DNA of 64,000 bases, from contig CAMOIX010000004.1 in the NCBI GenBank assembly GCA_946616365.1, forward strand, positions 17,555 through 81,554, given 5' to 3'. A model generated the notes under the pieces. The model ran no database searches, was not told the DNA's origin, and saw nothing but the letters and a program-made list of their open reading frames with translations. Numbering within the stretch: the stretch's first letter is position 1; each line of letters begins with the position of its first letter. Below, one piece after another: positions 19,706 through 30,300 of the stretch. The position numbers and the translations under genes were made by a program. This stretch comes from an uncultured Lachnospiraceae bacterium (lineage in GTDB: Bacteria; Bacillota; Clostridia; Lachnospirales; Lachnospiraceae).

Positions 19706-19733
19706 TTGAGTTTTGCCCATTTTTTGTTATCAT
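19706..19733 (+). promoter_or_regulatory. extended -10 promoter placed directly at the AraC start codon
   Basis: TTGAGT (19706-19711), a 16-nt spacer, then TGT-TATCAT (19725-19733). The ATG at 19740 is 7 nt after the -10 and no Shine-Dalgarno lies between. Confidence 0.4.
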
Positions 19734-19739
19734 ATAAGC

Positions 19740-20591
19740 ATGGTACAGGATTCAAAAGAAACACTGAAATTTAACGCACCGTCATCGATAATAGTGAACA
19801 ATGAAGAGGGTCCGGAGACTTTTCCTCTTCACTGGCATAATGCGGCCGAATTTACGGTAGCTCTTAAGGATGGTTGTAAGTACAAGGTGGCAGATACCGT
19901 CTATGAGATAAATAGGGGGGACATCCTCCTGGTGTGGCCCGGACAGATCCATGCCACGATAAAAATCCCTAAGAAGAGTGTCAGTTTCATACAGTTTCAG
20001 TCGATGATAATAGAGTGCAATCTCGACCTGGTGTCCGTGTCGAGATTTATGTACAGACTTCACAAGATATCTGCCAAGGAGACTCCGGAGCTGGCAGAGT
20101 ACCTGCACGAGAGACTGGATAGGATAAGGGAGATCCACAACAGCGGAGTTCGTTTTGCGGAGACTCAGTGCAAGCTCCTTATAAGCGAGATGCTCCTTAA
20201 ACTCGGACAATATGTCATGGCGGAGAATGATGAACTCCTTGAAGCCGAATCGGGATCCGATGCAGGATGGTCCTATATACACGCCGCCTGCAATTATATA
20301 GTCGAGAATGTGACTAATGAGATCACGCAGACCGAGGTTGCGGAGTATGTGGGTTTAAGCCCGTACTATTTCTCCAAACTTTTTAAGCAATATATGCATA
20401 TGTCGTTTCCGGTGTTTATCTCCGGAATAAGGATCAGGAAGGCAAAGTCGCTCCTTCTCGATACAAGCCTGTCCATAACGGACTGCGCATTTGCTTCGGG
20501 ATTTCAGTCGACTACGGCATTTAACAGGGTATTTCGCAATTCAACCGGATATTCGCCCAGAGAGTACAGAAAACTCTGTATTGTGGTATAA
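19740..20591 (+). CDS. AraC family transcriptional regulator (cupin + HTH_18)
   Basis: N-terminal cupin-like segment (HWHNAAEFTVALKDG) and C-terminal AraC HTH (ITQTEVAEYVGLSPYYFSKLFK...GFQSTTAFNRVFRNSTGYSPREYR). The track start at 19713 is a TTG inside the promoter spacer. Confidence 0.85.
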   Translation: MVQDSKETLKFNAPSSIIVNNEEGPETFPLHWHNAAEFTVALKDGCKYKVADTVYEINRGDILLVWPGQIHATIKIPKKSVSFIQFQSMIIECNLDLVSVSRFMYRLHKISAKETPELAEYLHERLDRIREIHNSGVRFAETQCKLLISEMLLKLGQYVMAENDELLEAESGSDAGWSYIHAACNYIVENVTNEITQTEVAEYVGLSPYYFSKLFKQYMHMSFPVFISGIRIRKAKSLLLDTSLSITDCAFASGFQSTTAFNRVFRNSTGYSPREYRKLCIVV

Positions 20592-20631
20592 TGTTCGGAG
20601 TTTGTGTTAATTTTAGATACGGTATTATGTA

Positions 20632-22887
20632 ATGGATGCATCAAAGGGACTTAGCAGAGACAGATTAAAGATTATCGCGATCATCGCCATGGTAATAGAT
20701 CATTTCGCATGGGGATTCGTCGACTTCCATACACCGCTCGGACAGGTGCTTCACATCATTGGCAGACTGACATTGCCGATCATGTGCTTCTTTATCGCCG
20801 AAGGTTTCAGAAAAACATCCGATCTTAAGAGATATATTCACAGAATGATAGGATTCTCCGTTGTTTCAGCCCTGCCTTTCTGGTATTTCTTCAAAGAACA
20901 GTACGGGTACAGGCAGAATGTCATATTCGACCTTACGCTCGGACTGATCATGCTCGCGGTACTCGAACATAAGGAAATAAAAAAGCCCGCCAAGGTCGTT
21001 CTCGCTGCAGTTATCTTTGCACTGTCGATCGTACTCGGAGGATGGCCCATCACCCCGATCCTCTTTATACTCAGCTTTTACTATGGGCAGACATTCGCCC
21101 GGAAGGCAATGTGGTTCATCATATCCGATGTGGCCACGATAGCATCCCTTGCCGTATTCATTTATTTAAACGGCATATATCATTTCATGCCCGGAATTGA
21201 TTCCTGGGTATGGCAGGATAAACTCTATTTCCTTGGATTCATCCTGGCGCTTCCTCTTCTTAAGAAATACAACGGAATCAGGGGAAGGAATGTCGGAGGG
21301 AGATTCTTCTTCTATGTATTCTATCCTGCACATTTTATTCTTCTCACTATGCTCAGATACTTCGCATTCGGGAATGTGTCACCTTATAAGGTATATCTCG
21401 GAGTGCATATCATATGCTTCATCATAGTTCTTGTCATCATGTTCCTCACTGCCATGGCGAGGAATTCCAAGGGACAGTCATCCGTTCTTATCATTACATT
21501 TGGCGGTATGATCTATGTGGCCGGATTCATACTTGAGGTCATGGCCAATACGGTCGAGGGCGTACATTTTGCCTGCATCGTACAGTATTTCGGTGAGTAT
21601 ACATTCTTCATAGCATTTATGTATTTCGTCAGCATCTTGTGTAATAAGAGAGCGCCTCTTTTTGTATATGTATTTCTTACAGTCGTGTCCCTTGTATTTT
21701 TGCACAGCCTCATGCATACATTGGAAACGGGCAATTTCTACAGAGAACTGGGCGTGGATCTGACCGGCGCCGTGAGCAGGACTGTCATAGTCTATGGTCC
21801 GATGTTTTATATTTCCATGGGCTTTCTCATATCGATGTCGATCGTCGCAGCGGTATTCTGCGTCATAGGATATTACAGCGGCAATGATGTGGAGAAGACG
21901 AGACTGATGTATGTCTTTACCGCGCTTGTCTTTGCATGGACTCCGTACTTTCTGACCAGAGTAGGACTGACGGGAGGATATGAGATCCCAGCACTCGGTG
22001 TGGCAGGAGGCGGCGTATGTATGTACCTGTGCCTGATGAGACACGGTTTCCTCGATTCCGTCACCCTTGCAAGTATCAATGCTCTCGATCATGGACGCGA
22101 AGGAATCCTCGTTGTCGACAATTTCTATAAGGTGCAGTACAGAAACAGCCGTATGACAGAGATATTCGGAGAGCTTCCCATAGGCTCGAGCGTCAGGGAC
22201 AATGCTACGATCATGGCTCTCTTTGACGGCAAGATCAAGAAGGATGAGATAGACCATCGTATATATGATTTCGCATGCGATTCACTTTTTGAAGGCGGAT
22301 TCGAGAGAGGCTTCATGCTCTGGGCTATAGACTCGACAGATCATTATGTCGCTATGGAGAAGATCCGCGAAGTAGCAACCAGAGATCCTCTTACAGGACT
22401 CTACAACAGAAATCAGTTCCAGAATAAGGTTGAAGAGCATTTAAAGAGTGGTCATCGCGGAACCATGGTCATGATAGACATGGATAATTTCAAGCGCGTC
22501 AATGATGAGAACGGACATCAGACCGGAGACGCGGTACTCAATACCCTCGCAGGTATCCTGATGGCTATGCCGGACAGCGTCATGATATGCGGAAGGATCG
22601 GAGGAGACGAGTTCTGCGGATTCATCCGCGGATGGGAAACCGATGAGAGAGTAGGCTCGATCCTCTCCGATATAATGAGAGACTTCGCGAGAGCGCTCGA
22701 TAAACAGGGCCGTGCGGGCATTACATCGCTTTCCATAGGAGCCGTTCCCGCATCCAAGGTAGAGAATCACGATTTCAAGACGCTGTATGCGATGGCGGAT
22801 AGAGTCCTGTACGAAGCCAAGACTTCCGGTAAAGGAAAGTACGTCATATACGATCCTGCAAGGTCTGCATCACAGGAGAGCAAGTGA
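20632..22887 (+). CDS. TraX-like acyltransferase domain / 7-TM / PAS-like / GGDEF diguanylate cyclase fusion
   Basis: 751 aa. Residues 1-245 have the TraX signature LKIIAIIAMVIDHFAW plus 6-7 TM helices. Residues 250-470 add about 7 more TM helices. A PAS-like segment follows (GREGILVVDNFYKVQYRN). The C-terminus has RDPLTGLYNRNQF and an intact RIGGDEFCGF active site. Confidence 0.85.
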   Translation: MDASKGLSRDRLKIIAIIAMVIDHFAWGFVDFHTPLGQVLHIIGRLTLPIMCFFIAEGFRKTSDLKRYIHRMIGFSVVSALPFWYFFKEQYGYRQNVIFDLTLGLIMLAVLEHKEIKKPAKVVLAAVIFALSIVLGGWPITPILFILSFYYGQTFARKAMWFIISDVATIASLAVFIYLNGIYHFMPGIDSWVWQDKLYFLGFILALPLLKKYNGIRGRNVGGRFFFYVFYPAHFILLTMLRYFAFGNVSPYKVYLGVHIICFIIVLVIMFLTAMARNSKGQSSVLIITFGGMIYVAGFILEVMANTVEGVHFACIVQYFGEYTFFIAFMYFVSILCNKRAPLFVYVFLTVVSLVFLHSLMHTLETGNFYRELGVDLTGAVSRTVIVYGPMFYISMGFLISMSIVAAVFCVIGYYSGNDVEKTRLMYVFTALVFAWTPYFLTRVGLTGGYEIPALGVAGGGVCMYLCLMRHGFLDSVTLASINALDHGREGILVVDNFYKVQYRNSRMTEIFGELPIGSSVRDNATIMALFDGKIKKDEIDHRIYDFACDSLFEGGFERGFMLWAIDSTDHYVAMEKIREVATRDPLTGLYNRNQFQNKVEEHLKSGHRGTMVMIDMDNFKRVNDENGHQTGDAVLNTLAGILMAMPDSVMICGRIGGDEFCGFIRGWETDERVGSILSDIMRDFARALDKQGRAGITSLSIGAVPASKVENHDFKTLYAMADRVLYEAKTSGKGKYVIYDPARSASQESK

Positions 22888-24095
22888 TGGACTTCGCGTT
22901 AAGGGTGGCAGGGAAGCCCATAAAGGCCGTGGTTACGGATCTGGACGGTACGCTCTTTCAGACCAAGGGAGCGGAAAAGCCCGAGCCTCATGTACTGAAA
23001 TATATAGAGAACATCATAGATTCCGGCATCTTCTTTGCGATAGCAACGGGCAGACAGTACAGAAATGTACGTGATATGTTCGGAAAGCTTGGAGCGAAGA
23101 TGGGCTTCATCGTAGAGAACGGGACCTATGTCACATACCGGGATGAGACGGTATCGATGGATCATCTTCCGAGAGATATAGCCGATGAGTTGATCGCGGA
23201 TATGAAGGATATAGCCGGCTCAGAGATGATGGTCAGCTGTGCGGATGTCAATTACACCGTGACGGATAACATCCCATTCGTCGAGCACTTAAGACAGGAT
23301 GTAAAGTATGTCACTGAGATCATAAATGATTACAGCGAGATAAAGACACCGATCCTCAAGATATCGATCAACTTCCCGGAAGGGATACCCGATGATAAGA
23401 ATGAGTTCTTCCATAAGAAATACGACGGAAGAGCACTGGTTCAAAAAGGCGGCCCCAAGTGGCTGGACATCATGCCGCTGGGGAGCGGTAAGGGAGAGGG
23501 ATTAAAGCATCTTGCGGACAAAGTCGGAATGGACCTTGCGCAGACGCTTACACTTGGAGACAGCGAGAATGATCTGGAGATGATGAAGATCTCGGGACTG
23601 TCGCTCGCTATGGCAACCGGATTTGATATAGTAAAAGAAAACGCAGATGCTGTCGTGGAGAGTGCGGAGGAGATCATAAGACTCTGTGCCGCTCAGAGCG
23701 AGAAGTACCTTGAGTATGAAAACTCGGAGAACGAGAAGATATATGCTGCGATAAGGCAGCTGGCAGCAGGCACCGACTGGGACGAAGGCAGGACGGAGAG
23801 GTTCATAGAAGGTCTTCGCTCGGACAGGAGCGTACGAAAGGAAGTCAGACACTTCCTGAAGACGGGAAATATACTCGGAGAGTATCGCATAAGCGGGATA
23901 TCTCTTTCCGATGTGATAGTATGGCAGGTAGATCATTTCAAGGCATATATGGACAGGCATGACAGGATGAACCGCTACAGACAGGAGAGACTTTTCCTTG
24001 AGTCGGCGGAGGTCATGCTGGAGGCAACCGGGGATCCGGAACCTTTTATCAGGAAATTCCATGAGGAAAGCGGTACGGACAGGGAGGATTTGTGA
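22884..24095 (+). CDS. Cof-type HAD-IIB hydrolase with ~130-aa C-terminal extension
   Basis: Motif I VVTDLDGTLF, motif IV GDSENDLEMM. ATGA overlap with the upstream gene. Residues ~275-403 have no recognisable domain. Confidence 0.85.
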   Translation: MMDFALRVAGKPIKAVVTDLDGTLFQTKGAEKPEPHVLKYIENIIDSGIFFAIATGRQYRNVRDMFGKLGAKMGFIVENGTYVTYRDETVSMDHLPRDIADELIADMKDIAGSEMMVSCADVNYTVTDNIPFVEHLRQDVKYVTEIINDYSEIKTPILKISINFPEGIPDDKNEFFHKKYDGRALVQKGGPKWLDIMPLGSGKGEGLKHLADKVGMDLAQTLTLGDSENDLEMMKISGLSLAMATGFDIVKENADAVVESAEEIIRLCAAQSEKYLEYENSENEKIYAAIRQLAAGTDWDEGRTERFIEGLRSDRSVRKEVRHFLKTGNILGEYRISGISLSDVIVWQVDHFKAYMDRHDRMNRYRQERLFLESAEVMLEATGDPEPFIRKFHEESGTDREDL

Positions 24096-26047
24096 TTATG
24101 AAAAAGAGAATTCTGATGCTGATGATGTCGTTTACGCTTGCGGCAGGAGCTCTCGCGGGACTCTCCGCGTGCGGAGGAAAGGGAAGCGGCCCTGCCAGGA
24201 TGCGCACGGAGCAGGATGCGGAAAAGGATAAGGAGAAGGAAGATGATATTCCCGATGCCGTAACGATGCCCGATAACAAGGATGATAATGCGGATGAAAA
24301 GAAGGTCGGAACGGGTGAGTACATGCTCATATACAGTTCGTATACGGGTGATGCATTTACCGTGGACTCCGCCGGAAACAAGATAAATGAATTTAAGAGA
24401 GACGAGATATTCCCTAAGTTCAAGGACAAAGGATATAACCTTGATAATGCACAGATCATCGGAGCTGTAGGAAAGGTGATGTTCGTTATCTACTCTTACT
24501 ATGATGAAGCCGAGGGTGTATCGACGACTTATCTCGAAGCTCTTGATACCGAGAATATCGAAGCCCATGTTCTCTGGACCAAGGTGGGATATGGCGACGA
24601 TGAGTACCTCACTGCGTATGAAGTCTATGACGGAGCATTATATTATGCGCTCAGCGGAGGCGTGAAGCCCTGCAGGGAGATAAAGGTAGAAGTCGCAGAC
24701 GGATTTACCTTCAAGGAGTCAGAGCCCGGACTTGAGAAAGCTTTTGATACGATCTTTTCACACGGACAGACCAATTCCCCCGACAGAGTTGACAGCTACG
24801 GATATAACGGCTGCTTTACCCATATGATGGACACCGCCGGATATCTCATTTCCCGTGACGAGGCAGGCAGGTATTATACCGTAAATAAAGAGGGAGAGGA
24901 GACTGTACTCCGTAACTTCCCTGAGAGTTATGTAAACCTGTTATATGCCGACAAGGATTACATTGTGTTCAATCAGTCGACCGAGATGAGCGGCAACAGT
25001 ACCTATAAATACGAGATCGCTACTTCGATCTATGAAAAACTCCCCGTAGTTATAGAGACTTATGATTCATTCCTGGCGAGTGATGACGGCAAGATCTATT
25101 ACTTCATTAATGAATCGGAGGAGTTTGGACATGCTGTCAGAGTCGTATACAGCCTGGATCTTAAAAATAACAGATGTGAGCCTTTGTACAGACAGGCCGA
25201 TGTTCCCGGTTCGGGATACGGCATGAGACCGGGGGTGGATGGCTTTAAAATACTGGACGGAGACATCTATTGCCTTACTGTCATTGACGAAAAGTTAGAG
25301 TATGCAAGGGTCACTTATGATGGTTCGGCCCCCACTTATTCTGCGATTGATTGTGTGTTCGGCAAAACGAATGTCCTCAGTATGGGAAATGTCGAATACT
25401 TCTCCAAGAATTATTACTGCCCTCACTGCGGTGCGGTCGTTCAGCAGGTTTACCTCGAGCATTTCATCCTTAACAGCGATGTCAGCCCTGCGGCCGACGA
25501 GATCAACAGAGAGCTCGAGGACTCTTATACCAATGCCATAGCTATGTACGATAGCGCAAATTACGATCATGGTGAGGATGAATGCGAGTATCACAAAGAG
25601 CATCCCGAGTATTACTGCATCACTGAGGAGTTTAACATCGGACAGGTCAGCACCATCCTTGATAAGTTCCTCGTTGTTGATACTTCCGGATACTGGTACG
25701 GAGGCGGTGCACACGGCATGCCGTTAAGAAGCCAGGTCATATTTGATATAAAGACCGGCGAACAGCTTTTCCTGGAGGACCTCTATAATGGAACCGAGGA
25801 GGACTTTAAGAAGCTCTGCGCGGAGAAGACGGTAGAGAACTACAAGGAGGACAGCATGCCCTATTTCTCGGACGATGCACAGCTTGTATATGATCAGGCT
25901 TATGAGTATGCTTCCATTACGGGCTCTTATGTAGAGTTCTGTGAGGATGCCGCTTATCTCGTATATGCACCCTATGAGATGGGTCCTTATGCTTCGGGAT
26001 TTATCGAGGTTAAGATCCCTTACGACGAGCTTCTCGGAAGCAACTGA
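24092..26047 (+). CDS. lipoprotein with beta-propeller-like repeats and a DUF3298/RsiV-like C-terminal domain
   Basis: Signal peptide with lipobox LSAC-GG. Repeated G(K/A)(I/L)YY(F/A) segments. C-terminal YWYGGGAHGM motif as in DUF3298. 4-nt overlap with the HAD gene. Confidence 0.75.
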   Translation: MIMKKRILMLMMSFTLAAGALAGLSACGGKGSGPARMRTEQDAEKDKEKEDDIPDAVTMPDNKDDNADEKKVGTGEYMLIYSSYTGDAFTVDSAGNKINEFKRDEIFPKFKDKGYNLDNAQIIGAVGKVMFVIYSYYDEAEGVSTTYLEALDTENIEAHVLWTKVGYGDDEYLTAYEVYDGALYYALSGGVKPCREIKVEVADGFTFKESEPGLEKAFDTIFSHGQTNSPDRVDSYGYNGCFTHMMDTAGYLISRDEAGRYYTVNKEGEETVLRNFPESYVNLLYADKDYIVFNQSTEMSGNSTYKYEIATSIYEKLPVVIETYDSFLASDDGKIYYFINESEEFGHAVRVVYSLDLKNNRCEPLYRQADVPGSGYGMRPGVDGFKILDGDIYCLTVIDEKLEYARVTYDGSAPTYSAIDCVFGKTNVLSMGNVEYFSKNYYCPHCGAVVQQVYLEHFILNSDVSPAADEINRELEDSYTNAIAMYDSANYDHGEDECEYHKEHPEYYCITEEFNIGQVSTILDKFLVVDTSGYWYGGGAHGMPLRSQVIFDIKTGEQLFLEDLYNGTEEDFKKLCAEKTVENYKEDSMPYFSDDAQLVYDQAYEYASITGSYVEFCEDAAYLVYAPYEMGPYASGFIEVKIPYDELLGSN

Positions 26048-26086
26048 TCAAAGGGAAAATCCGTATATATTTACCCGAAAAATCTT

Positions 26087-26115
26087 TTGACCGTAGTGTC
26101 ATAATATGTTAAAAT
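26087..26115 (+). promoter_or_regulatory. sigma-A-type promoter upstream of the hypothetical/TetR pair
   Basis: TTGACC (26087-26092), a 17-nt spacer, then TAAAAT (26110-26115). It is bracketed by inverted 9-mers TACCCGAAA (26072-26080) and TTTCGGGTA (26115-26123). Confidence 0.45.
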
Positions 26116-26145
26116 TTCGGGTAGCGTTAAACGTCTGGAGATACA

Positions 26146-26613
26146 ATGGATAATTCCGCAGAACACCTGCGTACACTCATGCAGGAGAATAAAAAAATAA
26201 TCGCACCGCTGCTTAAGTATCTTCCGTATCTCGGAAATGCGGCCGAGAAATCTGCGGTCACCACATACAAAGGTGACGGAATAGAGGCCAGTTCAGTGCC
26301 TTTCCCCGTCTATGACAGCACTCTCCTTGCGTTCATAAAAGAGGCCGACAGATCGGTCCTCATGGACAGAAATTACCCTTATACATACACGAGAAACAAT
26401 CTCAAAACCCACGATCAGGAGCGCAGGTTTATACTTGCTGCGGATTGGAGACAGTGGGATGCATTGAGAGGGATCCTCTCCAAGTATGTACTCGGAGGCC
26501 GCACCAGATCGGTACTCTGGAGCGAGGGTGTATCGGAACAGATTTTTTACCTGGTCCTCTCCCGTATGCAGGAGATTACGGAATTCTGGACCAGTAAGGA
26601 CAATAATCAGTAA
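26146..26613 (+). CDS. hypothetical protein
   Basis: 155-aa ORF with GGAGATACA Shine-Dalgarno, 12 nt upstream of the TetR gene. No motif I can name confidently. Confidence 0.6.
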   Translation: MDNSAEHLRTLMQENKKIIAPLLKYLPYLGNAAEKSAVTTYKGDGIEASSVPFPVYDSTLLAFIKEADRSVLMDRNYPYTYTRNNLKTHDQERRFILAADWRQWDALRGILSKYVLGGRTRSVLWSEGVSEQIFYLVLSRMQEITEFWTSKDNNQ

Positions 26614-26625
26614 AGAGGTACTACG

Positions 26626-27213
26626 ATGGGCGAGAAAGCCAAGATCAAGAAGCAGCTCATACTCGGCAAGGCCAGAGAGGTCTTCGTTGAGAAAGGATAT
26701 AAGAGAACGACGATGAAGGATATCGTCGAGAAGAGCGAGATAAGCCGCGGTGGACTCTATCTCTATTATGAGAATCCCGCACAGATCTTCCTTGATGTGC
26801 TCAAGTCCGACAGCGCCGTCGGCGAGGACAGTTTCGAGGGAGAGATCCCCGAGGATGCTACCGCAGCAGATATACTCCTTATGTTCCTCCAGGAGGAGAA
26901 GAAGGAGATCCTCAGGAAGAAGGACAGTCTCGTTCAGGCTACCTATGAGTATTATTTCGAGAACAAGCCGCCCAAGAGGGACAATATCCTTAAGAGAGAT
27001 TTCGAAACCGCGGTGGCTATGCTTGAGAAGCTGATCGCATCGGGAGTAAGGAGCAAGGAGTTCGTCTGCAAGACCCCGGCGGAAGCCGCTCGCAGCATCA
27101 TGTACACTCTCGAAGGATTGAGGATATCGGCACAGACGATCGGTATCACGGGAGATGCAATAGACAGACAGATCTACTACATTTTATTGTCATTGGGAGT
27201 CAGTGAAAAGTGA
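26626..27213 (+). CDS. TetR/AcrR family transcriptional regulator
   Basis: N-terminal TetR HTH (ILGKAREVFVEKGYKRTTMKDIVEKSEISRGGLYLYY) with a helical C-terminal ligand domain. Confidence 0.85.
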   Translation: MGEKAKIKKQLILGKAREVFVEKGYKRTTMKDIVEKSEISRGGLYLYYENPAQIFLDVLKSDSAVGEDSFEGEIPEDATAADILLMFLQEEKKEILRKKDSLVQATYEYYFENKPPKRDNILKRDFETAVAMLEKLIASGVRSKEFVCKTPAEAARSIMYTLEGLRISAQTIGITGDAIDRQIYYILLSLGVSEK

Positions 27214-27243
27214 TCGCGACCGAATATTTAAAATGAATCGGCA

Positions 27244-27281
27244 GAGCTTCAAAGGAGAAGACTTCTTTGGGGCTCTTTTTC
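27244..27281 (+). terminator. intrinsic terminator after the TetR gene
   Basis: GAGCTTCAAAG pairs with CTTTGGGGCTC (11 bp including two G-U pairs), a 10-nt loop, then TTTTTCT. Confidence 0.55.
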
Positions 27282-27325
27282 TGAAAAGGAATTAAGAAAC
27301 ACATAGTATTGAAAGGAGTTCATAT

Positions 27326-30300
27326 ATGGTCAGGCGAATTTATGTGGAGAAAAAGAAACCCTTCGATGTCAAGGCACACGAGTTAAAGCACGAACTTAAG
27401 AGCTATCTCGGTATCGTGACTGAGGATGTCAGGGTTTTTATCAGATATGATGTCGAGGATATATCCGACAAAGTATTCGAGGAGGCATGCAGGACAGTCT
27501 TTTCGGAGCCTCCCGTAGATATCCTCTATCATGAGACTCTCGATATCCCTGCCGGTGCGAGAGTATTCTCCGTAGAGTTTCTCCCCGGACAGTTCGATCA
27601 GAGAGCGGACTCCGCAGTTCAGTGCGTGCAGTTCCTCGACGAGAAGGAGCAGCCCACCATCCGCACTGCCGTTACATATATGATCATCGGCAATATCTCC
27701 GATGCCGACATGGAGAAGATAGAAGGCTACTGTATCAACCCCGTTGACTCGAGAATGACGGGACTGGATAAGCCCGAAACTCTGCAGGTTAAGTATGACG
27801 AGCCCGGAGATATCAAGATATTTGACGGATTCACCAAGATGAGTGAGGCTGAGCTTAAGGAGCTCTACGATTCACTCTCACTCGCCATGACCTTCAAGGA
27901 TTTCCTCCATATCAGGAATTACTACGAGAACGAAGAAAAGAGAGATCCCAGTCTCACCGAGATCAGGGTGCTTGATACATACTGGTCCGACCACTGCCGT
28001 CACACCACTTTCTCGACCGAGCTTAAGAATGTGGAGTTCGGCGAGGGCGCATACAGAGCGGTATTTGAGAGAGCATTTGCCGATTATATGGCTACGAGAG
28101 CTGATCTCTTTAAGGACAGACCCGAGAAATTCCCCTGTCTCATGGATCTCGGAACCATCGCAGCCAGACGCCTCAGAAAAGAGGGAGTGCTCGACGACGA
28201 GGAAGTATCCGATGAGATCAACGCCTGCTCGATCGTAGTTCCTGTCGAGATGGATTACGGCGATCACAAGGAGACTGAGGAGTGGCTCGTATTCTTTAAG
28301 AACGAGACTCACAATCACCCGACCGAGATAGAGCCTTTCGGAGGCGCAGCAACCTGCCTGGGAGGAGCGATAAGAGATCCCCTTTCGGGAAGAGGATATG
28401 TATATCAGGCAATGAGAGTTACCGGTGCCGCGGATCCTACCGTAAGCGTATCGGAGACCATGAAGGGCAAGCTCCCTCAGAAGAAACTCGTACGTACCGC
28501 AGCAGCAGGATATTCGTCCTACGGCAACCAGATAGGACTTGCGACCGGATATGTAAAAGAGATATATCATCCCGACTATGTAGCCAAGAGAATGGAGATA
28601 GGTGCCGTCATGGGCGCCGCTCCCAGAAAGCATGTAAAGCGTGAGAATTCCGATCCCGGAGATATCATCATCCTCCTCGGCGGAAGAACCGGAAGAGACG
28701 GATGCGGCGGAGCAACCGGATCATCCAAGGCTCACAATGTCAAATCGATAGATACCTGCGGAGCAGAGGTTCAGAAGGGTAACGCACCCACCGAGAGAAA
28801 GATACAGAGACTCTTCAGACGCCCCGAGGTAACGAGACTTATAAAGAAATGTAACGACTTCGGCGCAGGCGGAGTATCAGTTGCGATAGGAGAGCTTGCT
28901 GACGGACTTACCGTTGATCTCGACAAGGTACCCAAGAAGTACGCAGGACTTGACGGCACCGAGCTTGCTATCTCTGAGTCACAGGAGAGAATGGCTGTAG
29001 TTGTTTCTCCTGCTGATGTAAAAGAATTTCTCGGCTATGCCGCAGAGGAAAACCTCGAAGCGGTAGAGGTAGCCGTGGTAACCAAGGAGCCCAGACTCGT
29101 ACTCAACTGGAGGGGCAAGGATATCGTTAATCTCTCGAGAGCATTCCTTGATACCAACGGAGCTCATCAGGAGACCGATGTATATGTGGAGATTCCCGAT
29201 GTGGATGCTAACCCCCGCAAGGGATTCATGAATAAAAATGTCGCTGCTGCGGTAGCTGCGGGAGATACCGCCGCTGCATGGAAAGCATCGCTGGCAGATC
29301 TTAACGAGTGCTCACAGAAGGGACTCGTCGAGATGTTCGACTCCTCGATAGGAGCCGGATCCGTGACGATGCCTTACGGCGGAGTGACTCAGCTCACCGA
29401 GACACAGAGCATGATCGCCAAGCTTCCCGTTATGAAGGGAGAGACAGATACCGTTACGATGATGGCATTCGGATTTGATCCGTATATCTCATCCTGGAGC
29501 CCTTACCACGGAGCTGTATATGCAGTTACCGAGTCCGTGGCCAGAATCACTGCATCGGGCGGAGATCCCGCAAGGATCAGACTTACCTTTCAGGAGTACT
29601 TCCGCAGGATGAGCGAGGATCCCAAGCGCTGGAGCCAGCCTTTTGCCGCACTCCTCGGAGCATATGAGGCACAGATAAGATACAAGCTTCCTTCGATAGG
29701 CGGTAAGGACTCGATGTCCGGAACCTTCGGAGATATCGATGTTCCTCCGACACTTGTATCATTCGCTGTTGATATCGCCAAGGGCAAGAATGTTGTTACG
29801 CCTGAGTTAAAGAAAGCCGGAGACAAACTCGTACTCTTCAGGATCCCTATGGGAGATTATGACCTTCCCGATTACGAAGGTACAATGAAGGCTTACGGAG
29901 AGATCCACAAACTTATAGAGAAAGGTGTGATCGCTGCCGCATACGTGGCTGATGCGAGAGGATGTGCACCTGCACTTTCCAAGATGGCATTCGGTAACAG
30001 ACTCGGTGTGAAGCTGGGCGACAAGGCTGATGATGCGGTACTCTTCGGATGGAATGTCGGATGCATCATCGCAGAGATCGCAGCAGGTCATGAGACTGAA
30101 GCTGAGAATGCAGCCATCGAGAAGGTATTTATCGGAGAGGTGACCGCAGAGGCAGTGATAGAGGCTAAGGGAGTAAAGATCAACCTTTCCGATGCGCTGA
30201 CCGCTTGGAAGGAGCCTTTGAACAGAGTATTTGCCACCAAGGCATCAGATGGCACCGAGAGCGTTGACTGTCCTCTTTACGATGCTAAGGACATCTACGT

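Noticed and set aside
27214-27243. CCGAAT ... AATCGG pair upstream of purL as a possible PurR box pair.
   Set aside because: The match is imperfect and not a true inverted repeat. It lies upstream of the TetR-gene terminator rather than near a purL promoter.
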